Source: Eledone cirrhosa (lineage: Eukaryota). Taken from it: 64,000 bases of DNA. Made by a program: the position numbers and the translations under genes. Positions 17,740-31,596 of the stretch are shown piece after piece; the stretch's first letter is position 1; each line of letters starts with the position of its first letter. Below the pieces are notes generated by a model that was not told where the DNA came from, did no database searches, and saw only the letters and a list, made by a program, of their open reading frames with translations. The stretch is taken from positions 228,222,001 through 228,286,000 of the forward strand of contig OZ024743.1 of assembly GCA_964016885.1 (NCBI GenBank), in the 5' to 3' direction.

Positions 17740-18128
17740 GTAGGTTGGAGAGAAATGGAGTGACCATGTTTCAGTGGATGTGCAATGTTGATGTGAAGAG
17801 TGGATGCAAAATATGGATGAACTAAGAGAAAAAACTGGGTATGAAAGGGATCAGATGTAGTAGGTAAGCAGGAAGTGCACTGTTATGCATATATATGATG
17901 TTTATGGATGATGATTGCTTGGTGAAGAAGTCCAATAAATCCAAAGGAAGGATGTCACAGTAGAAGACCAAGGACAACATGAGCATAATGATGAAAGGTG
18001 ATTAAATTTGTTGAAGCTTGCAGAGGAGATGACAAATAAAGGTGATGAGTGGAGGTGATGAGTGCGGTACTGAAAAAAGCCTGGTCATCGTATGCAAGCA
18101 TGAAAAATAGGATGAAAAATTATGATTA
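17740..18128 (+). mobile_element. Decayed RTE LINE 3' fragment
   Basis: RLERNGVTMFQWMCNV...ELREKLGMKGIRC...RRPRT motifs and a GCAAGCATGAAAAATAGGATG 3' end resembling 14600-14637. Confidence 0.75.
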
Positions 18129-19099
18129 TGTATATGTATGTTAGTCAGGCCAACATCCAAAATAGTTATGCTTTACTGAGATCTAATTGGATTAAACATA
18201 TCAGTTGCTTTCATCAAGTTGTCACTGAGACTCATACTCAGGGCATTCACCATAGTTATCAAGAGAAGTCTATCCTTTGTATATTTTCCTGGACTTGAAT
18301 AACCACAAAGGGTGTTTGATCTTAAAATTACAAGGATCATCTCAATTCATTAAAGTGCTTTTCTCTATTTGCCATATTTAAAATCTAAATCATTTGTACA
18401 CAAACAAACACACACACGATTATAAGGAACATAGACATACTTGCATATATATATTTACTTGAATAACTATTCATATTTTTTATTTCTGTATATCTAACTC
18501 TCTCTAAACATATGAGTTAATATGAAGCATTGTGAGGTATGTAATAAATCATTAAGATTTTAAAAGCTGGTACAATGCAGTAGAAGTATATAGAGGGAAA
18601 AGGATGACAAATAATGACAAATTAAACAAAATCAAGTAATGTCTTACCCAGTATATTTCAACAATATTTCAGGGACATTACTTTCTTTTCAAATGTGAAA
18701 CAAACGGTTCAAAACAAAGGCAAACTATTGATGTGTTCTTCCTTAACTGGTCAACATTTCTGACATTGGTGACCTCAATGTCTTGGCTGCAGCATCTGTT
18801 AAGATGCTTTTTAACAGAAGAAACCCTCATCGTTATGTGCTCCCTGATTCGTATATGCAGCATCTGGGTAGTACTTCTGATGTATGAGGAGCTACATTTT
18901 TTACATGTGACCTTGTACACCACATACACGCTCATGCACACTGCATTGTTGATAGGACAATGAAGAAGTATGCATATGTCATTGTATGTAGATCAGTGTC
19001 TGAAGAATTGTATCCTCTATGAAGCTCACACATGCCCCAACTGTCTATTCAGGCCCACTTACAGATAGCTTGACTGATGGCATCAGTCATCTTCTCATT

Positions 19100-19236
19100 G
19101 AAATGCAGCAGCTCAGATCGCTGAAACTCATGGAGGAGATGATGAAAGACTGTGACAAATGGAAAGATGCTGTGCTGAATAGGTCCCCTCCCACCCTTGC
19201 AAACAGGGAAAAGCAGATGAAAAATTATGATGATGT
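19100..19236 (+). mobile_element. RTE 3'-end fragment nested inside the PLE
   Basis: LKLMEEMMKDCDKWKDAVL, then CCCACCCTTGCAAACAGGGAAAAGCAGATG...TGATGATG tail. Confidence 0.6.
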
Positions 19237-19774
19237 TACCACTAGGGGTGTGTGTTCTTGTACTACTTTTAAGTGTTGCTGCTTTGGCATTTCAATGTTT
19301 GGTGAGAGAAGTAGGGTAGCCATTCTTGGTGAGAATTCTCTGGAATTCCACTGTGCTGGTTTGTTTGTAGCTATCCTTGGTGCACTTGTTGCACATCCAG
19401 AAGATCTCCTTCTGTGTTTAGGCCATTTTGGTTCTGAAGAAACGGCAGAATCATGGTGCACAAAATTTCTCTGCAGGCATCATTCTTGAAAAACATGGAT
19501 CCCTCCTTTGTGACTCTTAGTGTAAAGTCGAATAGTGAAAGGGATCCACAGATAAATAATAGAATAAAAATGTACAAAGTAGATTGGCTACTATAACGAA
19601 TCCACACATGCATATATTAGAAGACCAGTTAAAGAAGAACACATCAATCGTTCGTTTATTTTTGTTTTGAACAGTTTCTCTTTCACATTTGAAAAGGGGG
19701 TATGGTCCCTGAAATATGATATTGAAATAGGGTGGGTAAAACATTACTTTGTTTTGTTTTATTTATTATTTGTC

Positions 19775-19939
19775 CAGTAGAGGGTCAGACGCCATGCTTT
19801 CCAGCATAGTTACGTCCCTTTACGATCTGAGTTCAAATCCCGCCGAGGTTGACTTTGCCTTTCATCCTTACGGGGTCGATAAAATAAAGTACCAGTAATG
19901 CACTGGATAATTGCTGGCCTTGTGCCTAAAGTAGAGACA
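19775..19939 (+). mobile_element. tRNA-derived SINE with Nin/Deu-type core and a 10-bp TSD
   Basis: B box GAGTTCAAATCC; core GCCTTTCATCCTTACGGGGTCGATAAAATAAAGTACCAG; TSD ATTATTTGTC at 19765-19774 and 19940-19949. Confidence 0.85.
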
Positions 19940-20416
19940 ATTATTTGTCATCCTTTCCTCTTTATATATTTCTACTGCATTGGACTGGCTTTTTGGAAAT
20001 GATCAGTCACACACACAGGCATGAATGCACACACACAAACACACACACATATATATATATATATAGAGAGAGAGAGTGATAAAGTCTATGTGAGAAGAGG
20101 GGTAGGCAAATGGTAGGGAAGGAAAGTAGAGATAAGAATTTGACCAAGAAAGAGTGATAAGTGTATCTATATCTATCTATCTCTCTCTCTCTCTATATAT
20201 AATATATACACACATGTATGTATATATATATATACATATATATATAAATATACACATGTCTAACCCATGCTAGCGTGGAAGATGGACATTAAACGAAGAT
20301 GATGATGATGATGATGATGTATATATATATATATAAATATATATACACATGTATATATATAGATATACATGCACATATATATATAAACATTCATACATAT
20401 ATATATATATATATTC

Positions 20417-20633
20417 TAGTCGATCGACTTTCGTCAAATCGGACCGAGGAAACTATGTTTCCGTTGGTCTTTCCAATTGCTAATACTATCTATCGGTCGC
20501 AACTCCAGGTAGAAGGAGCAACGTGAAATAAAGTGTCTTGCTCAAGGACATAACGCATCTCCTGGTTCAGGAATCGAACTCACAACCTCACGATTGTGAA
20601 TCCAATACTCTAACCACTCAGCCACACGCCTTC
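20417..20633 (-). mobile_element. tRNA-head SINE, alternative-tail subfamily
   Basis: Same head and core as 26743, but the tail AATTGGAAAGACCAACGGAAAC...TTTGACGAAAGTCGATCGACTA is shared with 50105-50319. Confidence 0.8.
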
Positions 20634-20775
20634 ACATATATATAATATATATATACATGCAGATATATATAAACATATATTGTTATACTTTGGGAGGGTC
20701 ATGTTGCCAATAAGCATATTTATATAGAGTGAGTAGATGTATGGCATGTATTCTACCACAGCAAAGAGTGAAAAG

Positions 20776-21745
<970 letters not shown>

Positions 21746-21869
21746 ATATACTAGGAAAGAAGAGAGGAAGGTAGTAAAAGAAGTAACAGTAATAAATATT
21801 AAATAAAAAGAAATGTGAAAGATGAAATAAATGACACATTTCTATGTCTGTGGCGGTGTTGACGTCACC

Positions 21870-23132
21870 TTTATCATCATCATTGTCGTCATCACTTCTA
21901 CTATAGTTATCACCACCACCGTCGTCATCATCATCATCATCATCATCGTCGTCATCATCACAGTCGACATCATCATCATCATCACCACAGTTGTCATTAT
22001 AACTAATATCATCATCATCTCCATCATCACAGTTGTCATCATCATTACTACCATCATCATCATCATCATTACTACCACCATCATCATCATAGTCGTTCGT
22101 CATCATCACTACCAACAACATCATCACAGACGACATCATCACTACCATCAACATCATCACAGTCGTCATCATCACAGTCGTCATCATCACAGACGACATC
22201 ATCACTACCCTCAACATCATCACAGTCGTCATCACTACCAACAACATCATCACAGTCGTCATCATCACAGTCGTCATCACTACCAACAACATCATCACAG
22301 TCGTCATCATCACAGTTGTCATCACTACCAACAACATCATCACAGTCGTCATCACTACCATCAACATCATCACAGTCGTCATCATCACAGACATCATCAC
22401 TACCAACAACATCATCACAGTCGTCATCATCACAGACGACATCATCACTACCAACAACATCATCACAGTCGTCATCATCACAGACGACATCATCACTACC
22501 AACAACATCATCACAGTCGTCATCATCACAGACGACATCATCACTACCAACAACATCATCACAGTCGTCATCATCACAGACGACATCATCACTACCAACA
22601 ACATCATCACAGTCGTCATCATCACAGACGACATCATCACTACCAACAACATCATCACAGACGACATCATCACTACCAACAACATCATCACAGACGACAT
22701 CATCACAGTCGTCATCATCACAGTCGTCATCACTACCAACAACATCATCACAGTCGTCATCATCACAGACATCATCACTACCAACAACATCATCACAGTC
22801 GTCATCATCACAGACGACATCATCACTACCAACAACATCATCACAGACGACATCATCACTACCAACAACATCATCACAGACGACATCATCACAGTCGTCA
22901 TCATCACAGTCGTCATCACTACCAACAACATCATCACAGTCGTCATCACTACCAACAACATCATCACAGACGACATCATCACAGTCGTCATCATCACAGA
23001 CGTCATCACTACCAACAACATCATCACAGTCGTCATCACTACCATCAACATCATCACAGTCGTCATCATCACAGACATCATCACTACCAACAACATCATC
23101 AGAGTCGTCATCACTACCACCAGCATCATCAC
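21870..23132. repeat. (CAT)n-derived modular minisatellite
   Basis: Built from the triplet-phase modules CATCATCACAGTCGT, CATCATCACAGACGA and CATCACTACCAACAA, in higher-order repeats. Confidence 0.95.
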
Positions 23133-23409
23133 CATCTCTGCCTTGTGTAAGATGATGTAAATCTATTGGATGACTGGCTGCAGGCAGTATATGTCAAATT
23201 TGATTTTGATTATTTTTGTGTATCTTTTTCAGTTTTAGTTTGTCTTCTCTTTTTTCTTTCTTTTCTCCTCTTATTGAATGACAGAGAAATTCTGAAAGTT
23301 ACCAGGAAATGTAAAAGTGGTGGTGGTGGTGGTGGTGGTGGTGATACTAGTAGTAGGTGTAGAAGTAGTGTTGTTGGTGGTAGTAGTGGATAGAGGTAGA
23401 CAGAAAAAG

Positions 23410-23472
23410 ATATATATATATATATATGTATATGTATATATATATATGTGTATATATATATATATATATGTG

Positions 23473-23505
<33 letters not shown>

Positions 23506-23513
23506 GTATATAT

Positions 23514-23602
<89 letters not shown>

Positions 23603-23671
23603 GGTATATATATATGTATATATATATATGTATATATACATATATACATATAAATATACATATATATATAC

Positions 23672-23756
<85 letters not shown>

Positions 23757-23841
23757 CACATATATATATATATATACACATATATATATATATATACATA
23801 GATATAAATATATACATAGATATATATATATATATACATAC

Positions 23842-23872
<31 letters not shown>

Positions 23873-24068
23873 CCTATATATATATATACATATATATATA
23901 TATACCTATATATATATACATATATATATATATATACCTATATATATACATATATTTATACATATATTTATATATACCTATATATATATATACATATATT
24001 TATACATATATATACCTATATATATATACATATATTTATATATACATATATAAATATATATATACATG

Positions 24069-24140
<72 letters not shown>

Positions 24141-24193
24141 CATATATATATATACATATATATACATATATATATATACTTATATATACATAA

Positions 24194-24225
<32 letters not shown>

Positions 24226-24240
24226 CACACACATATATAT
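23410..24240. repeat. (TA)n array
   Basis: Directly visible. Interruptions switch from G-type (TATG, TAGG) to C-type (CATA, CCTA) near 23640-23720. Confidence 0.97.
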
Positions 24241-24311
24241 GCATGCATGGAGATGGAGAAGAAGGAGGCACCAGGAGTAGAAAGCAGTAAAAGCAGTGTA
24301 TACTATACTAC

Positions 24312-24343
<32 letters not shown>

Positions 24344-24458
24344 CATATATGTATGTATGTATAAATATATATGAGATGCAGGAGCAGAAATGTGTGTAAA
24401 AAGGCAAGGATGTGAAAGACGATTGCATTCATTTACAAGAGAGGAATGACTCATCTAT

Positions 24459-24556
<98 letters not shown>

Positions 24557-25164
24557 AGAGAGAGAGAGGGCAAAAAGGATAGGGCTAAGAAAGTGGGAGA
24601 AATAAAGAGAGATGGAGTACAGAGGACGAAAGAGAGAGACATATATATAGAGAGAGAATAGTGAACCATAGTATTGGGCAGGTATTGAAAGGCAATAGTG
24701 TAAGGCAGAATAGGAAAGAGAGAGACCATAGTATAAGGCAGTAGGAGAGGGCAAGGGAGAGAAAGAGAGCGTGAAGGAGAGAGAAAGAGACAGAGATAAG
24801 AGAGGAGTTTATAGCTGTTTAATAGTACATCTCAACAAAGCTGTAATAGATCTAGCTGGATAGAAGAAAGAATGAACGAATGGTGAGAAGGTGGAGGAAG
24901 TGGAGTGTGGAGGAGAGTTACATAGTTTGACATGTGATAGAAAAGAGTTTATAGCCATATATTTATTGTATATATTGTATATTAGTGTCTATTAGTAGTG
25001 TACATACAGACTTTCTATGTTATGTAATTGACTTGATAATACATACAATTATGTATATATATATAAATAAATAAATATACATATAAATAAATAAATATAT
25101 ATATTTATATATCTGTGTGTTTGTGTATATATATAAATGTGCATATGTATATATATAAATATAC

Positions 25165-25215
<51 letters not shown>

Positions 25216-25295
25216 TACATATAAATATATATATAAATATATATATATACATATATAAATAAATATACATATAAATATATATATAAATATATAAA

Positions 25296-26110
25296 AATAA
25301 CAGATTAAAGTTTAAGCAAAGAATCGCTGCTTTCACCCTTAACGGGATCTTCTGAAACTAACAAAGTCAATCTGTTTCGATAATCCGTGAAAAGCAGACA
25401 ACAAACAGGATAAATTTGGATTTAAAACCTATAATAACCCCCCGTGGAACCCAGCATTGCTACCCTTCAAAATGATGTCTTGGAACTCATTCGGAGTATC
25501 ACATTTCGGAATAGGAGCAATTCCTTCCAGCAAGACCTGAAGAATAGAATTCGTTCTATTAAGGATTCTAATGCCGTGTACGTCCATTCCGACAAAACTG
25601 GCAACCTATATCAAGTGGAGCGCAGTACTTACCATCAACTACTACATAATGCTGTAACTAAGGATTACCGTAAAACTAATCGGTGAATCATCAATGAAAT
25701 CAACGATGCTGGGTTTAAAATCACATCTGATCTCAACATCCTGGACCGGACCGAACCTCTGGACCCTATCTCTCCCCACTTTACCCTGAAGGATCACAAA
25801 TCCAATTTTCCGAACAACCCCTCTATTTGGCTTATTAACCTTACGAAGTCCGTTTTAGGTAGACTTAGTAAAACGATTCTTGATAGAATTATACCTGAAA
25901 TTAGAAGTTTGGCCCTCTTGCACTGTGGAACAATTCTTTCGCGGTGATTGATTGGTTCAACGGCATATGTAACAAAGAACATTGCCATTTTATCCAATTC
26001 GACATCAACAATTACTACGCCTCCATCACTTTACCACTTCTCCTTAGAGCTATCAATTTCGCTAAAACACTCACAGTGGTTAAGGATTTCGAAGTTGATT
26101 TGGATTTTAG
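25296..26110 (+). mobile_element. Penelope-like element fragment: N-terminal RT region (Naiad/Chlamys-like motifs) preceded by a probable inverted terminus
   Basis: KFGFKTYNNPP / LQNDVLELIRSITF / VHSDKTGNLYQV / FTLKDHKSNFPNNPSIWLINLTKSVLGRLSKTILDRI / VIDWF / FIQFDINNYYASI. One in-frame TGA (25684) and frameshifts near 25440 and 25920. The clade call is from remembered motif style (DKT instead of DKG), not a search. Confidence 0.8.
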
Positions 26111-26302
26111 TCTTCAAATTGATTATTATTACTATAAATATATATATATACATATAAATATATACATATAAATAAATATACATATAAATAAATAAATATA
26201 TATATATATCTCAGTGTTTGTGTATATATATAAATGTGCATATGTATATATATATAAATGTGCATATGTATATATATATAAATATACATATAAATATATA
26301 TA

Positions 26303-26343
<41 letters not shown>

Positions 26344-26383
26344 ACATATAAATATGTATATATATATATAAATATATATATAT

Positions 26384-26686
26384 CATCATCATCATCATTT
26401 TACGTCCACTTTTCCCTGCTTGTGGCTTGATTTCTACAGCTGGATTCCCTTCCTAACACCAACCTCATTTACAGTGAGTGCTGTTCCCTTCCTAACACCA
26501 ACCTCATTTGCAGTGGAATGATAGGGACCCCAGTCCCTATCACCTCATTTCTACAGCTGAGTAAACTGGAGCAATGTGAAATAAAGTGTCTTGCTCAAGG
26601 ACACAACACATCACCTGGTCTGAGAATTGAACTCACAACCTGTCGATTGCAAGAGCAATGGTCTAACCACTAAGCCATGTGCCTCC
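26384..26686 (-). mobile_element. tRNA-head SINE with RTE-derived 3' tail
   Basis: A box TGGCTTAGTGG, B box GAGTTCAATTC, CCTTGAGCAAGACACTTTATTTCAC core, tail homologous to the LINE 3' UTR (14480-14637), (ATG)n end. Internal ~26-bp duplication. Confidence 0.85.
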
Positions 26687-26742
26687 ATATATATATATAT
26701 ATATATACATATAAATATATATATAAATATATATATATGTAT

Positions 26743-27068
26743 GGAGGCACATGGCTTAGTGGTTAGAGCATTGGGCTTGCAATCGAAAGGTTGTGAGTTC
26801 AATTCTCAGACCGGGTGATGTGTTGTTTCCTTGAGCAAGACACTTTATTTCACATTGCTCCAGTTTACTCAGCTGTAGAAATGAGATGATAGGGACTGGG
26901 GTCCCTATCATTCCACTGCGAAGTGGTCGTGGTGGTGCCGCGGCAAAAAAGCACCCAGCACTCACTGTAAATGAGGTTGGTGTTAGGAAGGGCATCCAGC
27001 TGTAGAAATCAAGCCAGAATCAGTTCCCGTCCCACCCTTGCAAGCAGGGAAAAGCGGACGTAAAATGA
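26743..27068 (+). mobile_element. tRNA-head SINE with RTE-derived 3' tail
   Basis: Same A/B boxes and core. GGTTGGTGTTAGGAAGGGCATCCAGC is shared with LINE 14497-14523. Ends GGACGTAAAATGA. Confidence 0.9.
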
Positions 27069-27081
27069 AATGAATGAATGA

Positions 27082-27578
<497 letters not shown>

Positions 27579-27623
27579 AAAGTTCTATTTAAAATTGTTG
27601 GGATACAACAAGTAAATATTTTA

Positions 27624-28517
27624 TCTATGTATATAAAACTGTGGTTGTCTGTCTGTCTATCGATTTTTGGCACACATCTCCTCTTAGAATCTCTGACGGA
27701 ATTGCACCGAAATTGCTATACTTGTACATTGAGCCCTAGCAAAGACATCGGAAAAAAAATATTTCAAATTGACCCACCCTATGTGACGAAATCGAATATA
27801 ATGTATCGATTTTTGAGCGTAAGTTATCAGTTATTTCCCTTTGTTCTGTTTACATTGAGCGTCTTACGTAAAAAATTACGCTGGCTTTCTCAGCGTTTAA
27901 AATGACATTAACACAATACACGAACAGTTGTCGAGCCAGCAAAATATTGACCTGCAAAATTCATCAGTTCGAACACTAAGCTTCCGTTTTGCTTCATTTC
28001 CATTTAAAAGCATTTTAAAACAATATTTTTACTTGAAAACAAGTCTATTTAAAGACTACGTAAAACAAGCAAATATTTCGTCGTTAGGCGTGCAGACAGA
28101 CAGTCGTGCAGAGAGGTGATATACGCGTGCAGACAGACAGTCGTGCAGAGAGGTGATATAGGCGTGCAGACAGATAGTCGTGCAGAGAGGTGATATAGGC
28201 GGGCAGACAGACATAACTGATAATTTGGTTACGCTAATGTTTTTCTCTGCGTTGCAGTGTTTACATTTTCGATCTTTGTTAATAAATAACCAGTGCAGTT
28301 TCTATCCCCAGCATCCTCTTTTGTTATAACATTCGGGTTATCGTTATGTTTTCTTAACTTCATAAGGCATATTGTTGGTTGAGGGAATATTAATCAAAAA
28401 CACCACATGCAAGTCTGCACAGTAGACACTACAGTTTTAAGCCAAGAAAGAAACTTAACATTGTAACTTTAACACAGCTACTGAGCGACCCCGAGCAATG
28501 CCGGGCTTTACTGCTAG
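27624..28517 (+). mobile_element. Non-autonomous Helitron
   Basis: Starts TCTATGTATATAAAA after a host A and ends CTAG before a host T. Subterminal GC hairpin CCCGAGCAATGCCGGG at 28490-28505; no TSD; internal tandem repeat. Confidence 0.85.
28087..28212 (+). repeat. 37-bp tandem repeat (~3.4 copies) inside the Helitron
   Basis: Unit GGCGTGCAGACAGACAGTCGTGCAGAGAGGTGATATA. Confidence 0.9.
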
Positions 28518-28620
28518 TAACTGATATAAAAGACTCGACAAGTTTTCAGCTTCCAAAAATAATGGTCGCATCTAATAGGGTACGTCAAAATTATTTATAA
28601 AACTGTTTATATATTGTATT

Positions 28621-28674
28621 TTATCTGATGAAGGCATACCATATTTTAATCTGGTATCCCTGAAATATGTATAA
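28621..28674 (+). ncRNA. Hammerhead-like motif with long stem II
   Basis: CTGATGA at 28625-28631; stem AGGcATACCA/TGGTATcCCT; GAAA at 28662-28665; TATG-TA. Stem I is imperfect. Confidence 0.45.
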
Positions 28675-28776
28675 TGAAATAAATATGGTTTTATAAATAT
28701 AGTTTCCATTTATTAAATATCGTATATATATATATATTTATATATATATATATATATTTATATGTATATATATATT

Positions 28777-28807
<31 letters not shown>

Positions 28808-28821
28808 GTATATATATATAT

Positions 28822-28878
<57 letters not shown>

Positions 28879-28885
28879 CATATAT

Positions 28886-29208
28886 GGAGGCACATGGCTT
28901 AGTGGTTAGAGCATTGGCTTTGCAATCGAAAGTTTGTGAGTTCAATTCTCAGACCGGGTGATGTGTTGTTTCCTTGAGCAAGACACTTTATTTCACGTTG
29001 CTCCAGTTTACTCAGCAACTCTAGAAATGAGATTATAGGGACTGGGATCCCTATCATTCGTGGAGGTGCCACGGCAAAAAAGCACCCAGCACTCACTGTA
29101 AATGAGGTTGGTGTTAGGAAGGGCATCCAGCTGTAGAAATCCAGCCAGAATCAGTTCCCGTCCCACCCTTGCAAGCAGGGAAAAGTGGACGTAAAATGAA
29201 ATGATGAT
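28886..29208 (+). mobile_element. tRNA-head SINE with RTE-derived 3' tail
   Basis: Near-identical to 26743-27068. Confidence 0.9.
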
Positions 29209-29333
29209 GATATATATATATATATTTATATGTATATATATATATATTTATATATATATATATATATATATTTATATGTATATATATATATATTTATATA
29301 TATACATATATTTATATGTATATATATATATAT

Positions 29334-29397
<64 letters not shown>

Positions 29398-29540
29398 GCA
29401 AAAGTTCTAAAAATTTTCCAAATAATGTTAGATTTTCATAGTATAGAAGATAACGCTATCAGAGAGATAACGTTTTAAGAACACAATACACTGAACACAG
29501 TATGGTAGTTCTATTTTTCTCTGATATATATATATATTTA

Positions 29541-29835
29541 TTTTATTCATTTGAAACCATCATTGATGTCCTGATGATTTCAAATGAATGAAACAGTTCA
29601 ATTCCCGTACAAGCCATTTCTGTGTTCAATAAATATGTATCTTCTCTACTAATGTAAGTGGTGTTATGTTTGATTCTGGTTTCTTCCCAATCTCCTTCGA
29701 TAAAACATTGATAATTCTATATATATATACTTGATTGTACCCTGAGCTGATCGATATCAAAACAATTGTAATATGCAAATAAAGTTTGTACATATGCTGC
29801 AACACTGACTTCAATTCTTTTATATCTATTTACAC
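29541..29835 (+). mobile_element. Probable PLE pseudo-LTR with a 22-bp fold-back over a hammerhead-like core
   Basis: 29541-29562 pairs with 29572-29593. CTGATGA-tttcaaatgaat-GAAA-cagttc parallels 14718-14746. The 3' part recurs at 43721-43765. Confidence 0.5.
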
Positions 29836-30239
29836 TCTGCACACCACAGACATAGCTCTGGAATACAACCCAAACAAAACGGAACTTACAACAGCAGTGA
29901 GTGCTTCAAATGGCATGCTGCCTCTAACTGTTTGTTGTCCCACACCTAACTAACATACATATATATATGTGTGTATATATATATATATGGTTGTGTGAGT
30001 CATGACAAAAATCACCCAGCACACACTGCAGATGTGGTTGGCATTAGGAAGGTCATCCAACCATAGACGTCAAGCCAGAAACAGTTATATATGAGGAAGA
30101 CACTGTCACCTGACCCAACGTGTCTCTAATGATAAAACCCATCTAATCCATACTAACATTGAAAATGGATGTTAAATGATGATAATGATGATGATATATA
30201 CACATAGGCCAGCCTGAGACTAAGAAAAGTCACTTACTG

Positions 30240-30465
30240 AACATACCCCTTGGTACCTGAATGGAGTCTCTACCTACGGTACTTTTTTCTGCAAATTGCC
30301 CACTACAATTTCTCAGATGGCAGCATGATCTTGTCTGCCTTCCTACATACTATGTCTTTGTTAAGCTTATTCTGAAGCTTCTCTGTTGTTTCCATATTTA
30401 GAATTTCTTCTTTAAATCTTCCTCAGTTTTAGTACATACATAGGAATTCTCATGGACAGCTAATC
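30240..30465 (-). mobile_element. Decayed RTE RT/PHD fragment
   Basis: EDLKKKF*IWKQ...ISLTKT...VCRKADKIMLPSEK...ICRK...VGRDSI aligns by eye to the LINE ORF at 13340-13520. Confidence 0.65.
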
Positions 30466-30564
30466 TTAACCCTTTCATTGCAATATTTCTAATGAAAGAC
30501 TGTCTATCATTTTCAAATCATTTTGAAAATAATCAAAGCATTGTATCACCACTATTAATAATGG

Positions 30565-30770
30565 TTTCTAATTTAGGCTCAAGGACAACAATTCGGGGGG
30601 GGGGGGGGCGATTAAAACGACTCTAGTGCATTATTGGTGCTTTATTTTATGGACCCTGTAAGGATGATTGGCAAAGCTAACCATCGTGTGATTTGAACTC
30701 AGAATGTAGAGGGTCATAGCTATAAGCCTTAAAAGCATGTTGTCCAACACCCTGCTGATACTGCTAATCA
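30565..30770 (-). mobile_element. Diverged Nin/Deu-core SINE
   Basis: The reverse complement contains CTGAGTTCAAATC and CATCCTTACAGGGTCCATAAAATAAAGCACC. Confidence 0.65.
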
Positions 30771-30853
30771 ACCACCCTAATGATAATAATGTTAATGCTG
30801 ATTTCTAATTTAGGCACAAGGCCAGGATTTGTGCAGGTGGAAATATCAATTAG

Positions 30854-31074
30854 CCCTTTAGCATTTACATTACTCTATATTTACTATTGCATTTTCATGG
30901 TAAAGTTTTTATCTCACATAATTATCTCACATAATATCAAAGCTATGAAATTTTGATGTTAAGTATTTTGGGAACAATACCTTAACAGTGGTATGAGTGG
31001 CTGGTTACTGCTGGTTTGAACTGAAAGAAGTGAAAGAATTCTGGCCAGATATGGCAGGTTTAAATGCTAAAGGG
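30854..31074 (+). mobile_element. piggyBac-type MITE (family 1)
   Basis: TIRs CCCTTTAGCATTTA / TAAATGCTAAAGGG, flanked by TTAG and TTAA. A second copy lies at ~3785-4008. Confidence 0.8.
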
Positions 31075-31547
31075 TTAAATCAAACACTAACAGGATTTGA
31101 ACTTAGTATAACAAGTACTGTAAACAAAAACAAATGCCACAAGTAATTTTTGCCCAATACTCTAACAATGCAAACAAATGCTATTTAGAGAAATATAAAA
31201 ATATAAATTTTAGAAATATGATACCATTTTTTCAGTGAGGGGGAGTTGGAAAATAATAGTTTTAACAGTGATGATGATGATAAATAATATTATTTTTATT
31301 ATTATTATTATTATTATTATTAAATAATAAATAATGAATAATCTTGATAAATGTATTGTATGGGATCAGTTGTTAAAATTCCAAGAGACATGTTTGGCTA
31401 CAGTGTTTCACAAACATGACATGTCTGTGATAAATCTTCAATAATTCTGTGCATTAATATAATTGGTCTGGTGACAAAAAACAGGAATAAAATTAATGGT
31501 AACACACCACTATAGTTTAGTTTCCCGACTTTCTACCAATGCAGGTA

Positions 31548-31596
<49 letters not shown>

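Larger units (their letters stand above)
18550..20003 (-). mobile_element. 5'-truncated Penelope-like element: RT thumb + GIY-YIG endonuclease between inverted pseudo-LTRs, with nested RTE and SINE insertions
   Basis: Minus strand encodes VHHDSAV and FQRILTKNGYP (~19300-19470) and CPINNAVCMSVYVVYKVTCKKCSSSYIRSTTQMLHIRIREH...SSVKKHLNRC (~18785-18960). 18550-18752 is an inverted copy of 19623-20003 once the SINE at 19775-19939 is removed. Confidence 0.8.

Noticed and set aside
25684-25686. In-frame TGA as selenocysteine in a Naiad-like ORF
   Set aside because: The copy also has frameshifts, the position is not in a Cys motif and no SECIS is visible; ordinary decay is simpler.
26743-26815. tRNA gene
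   Set aside because: A and B boxes are present but there is no acceptor stem, and it continues into a SINE body present in many copies.
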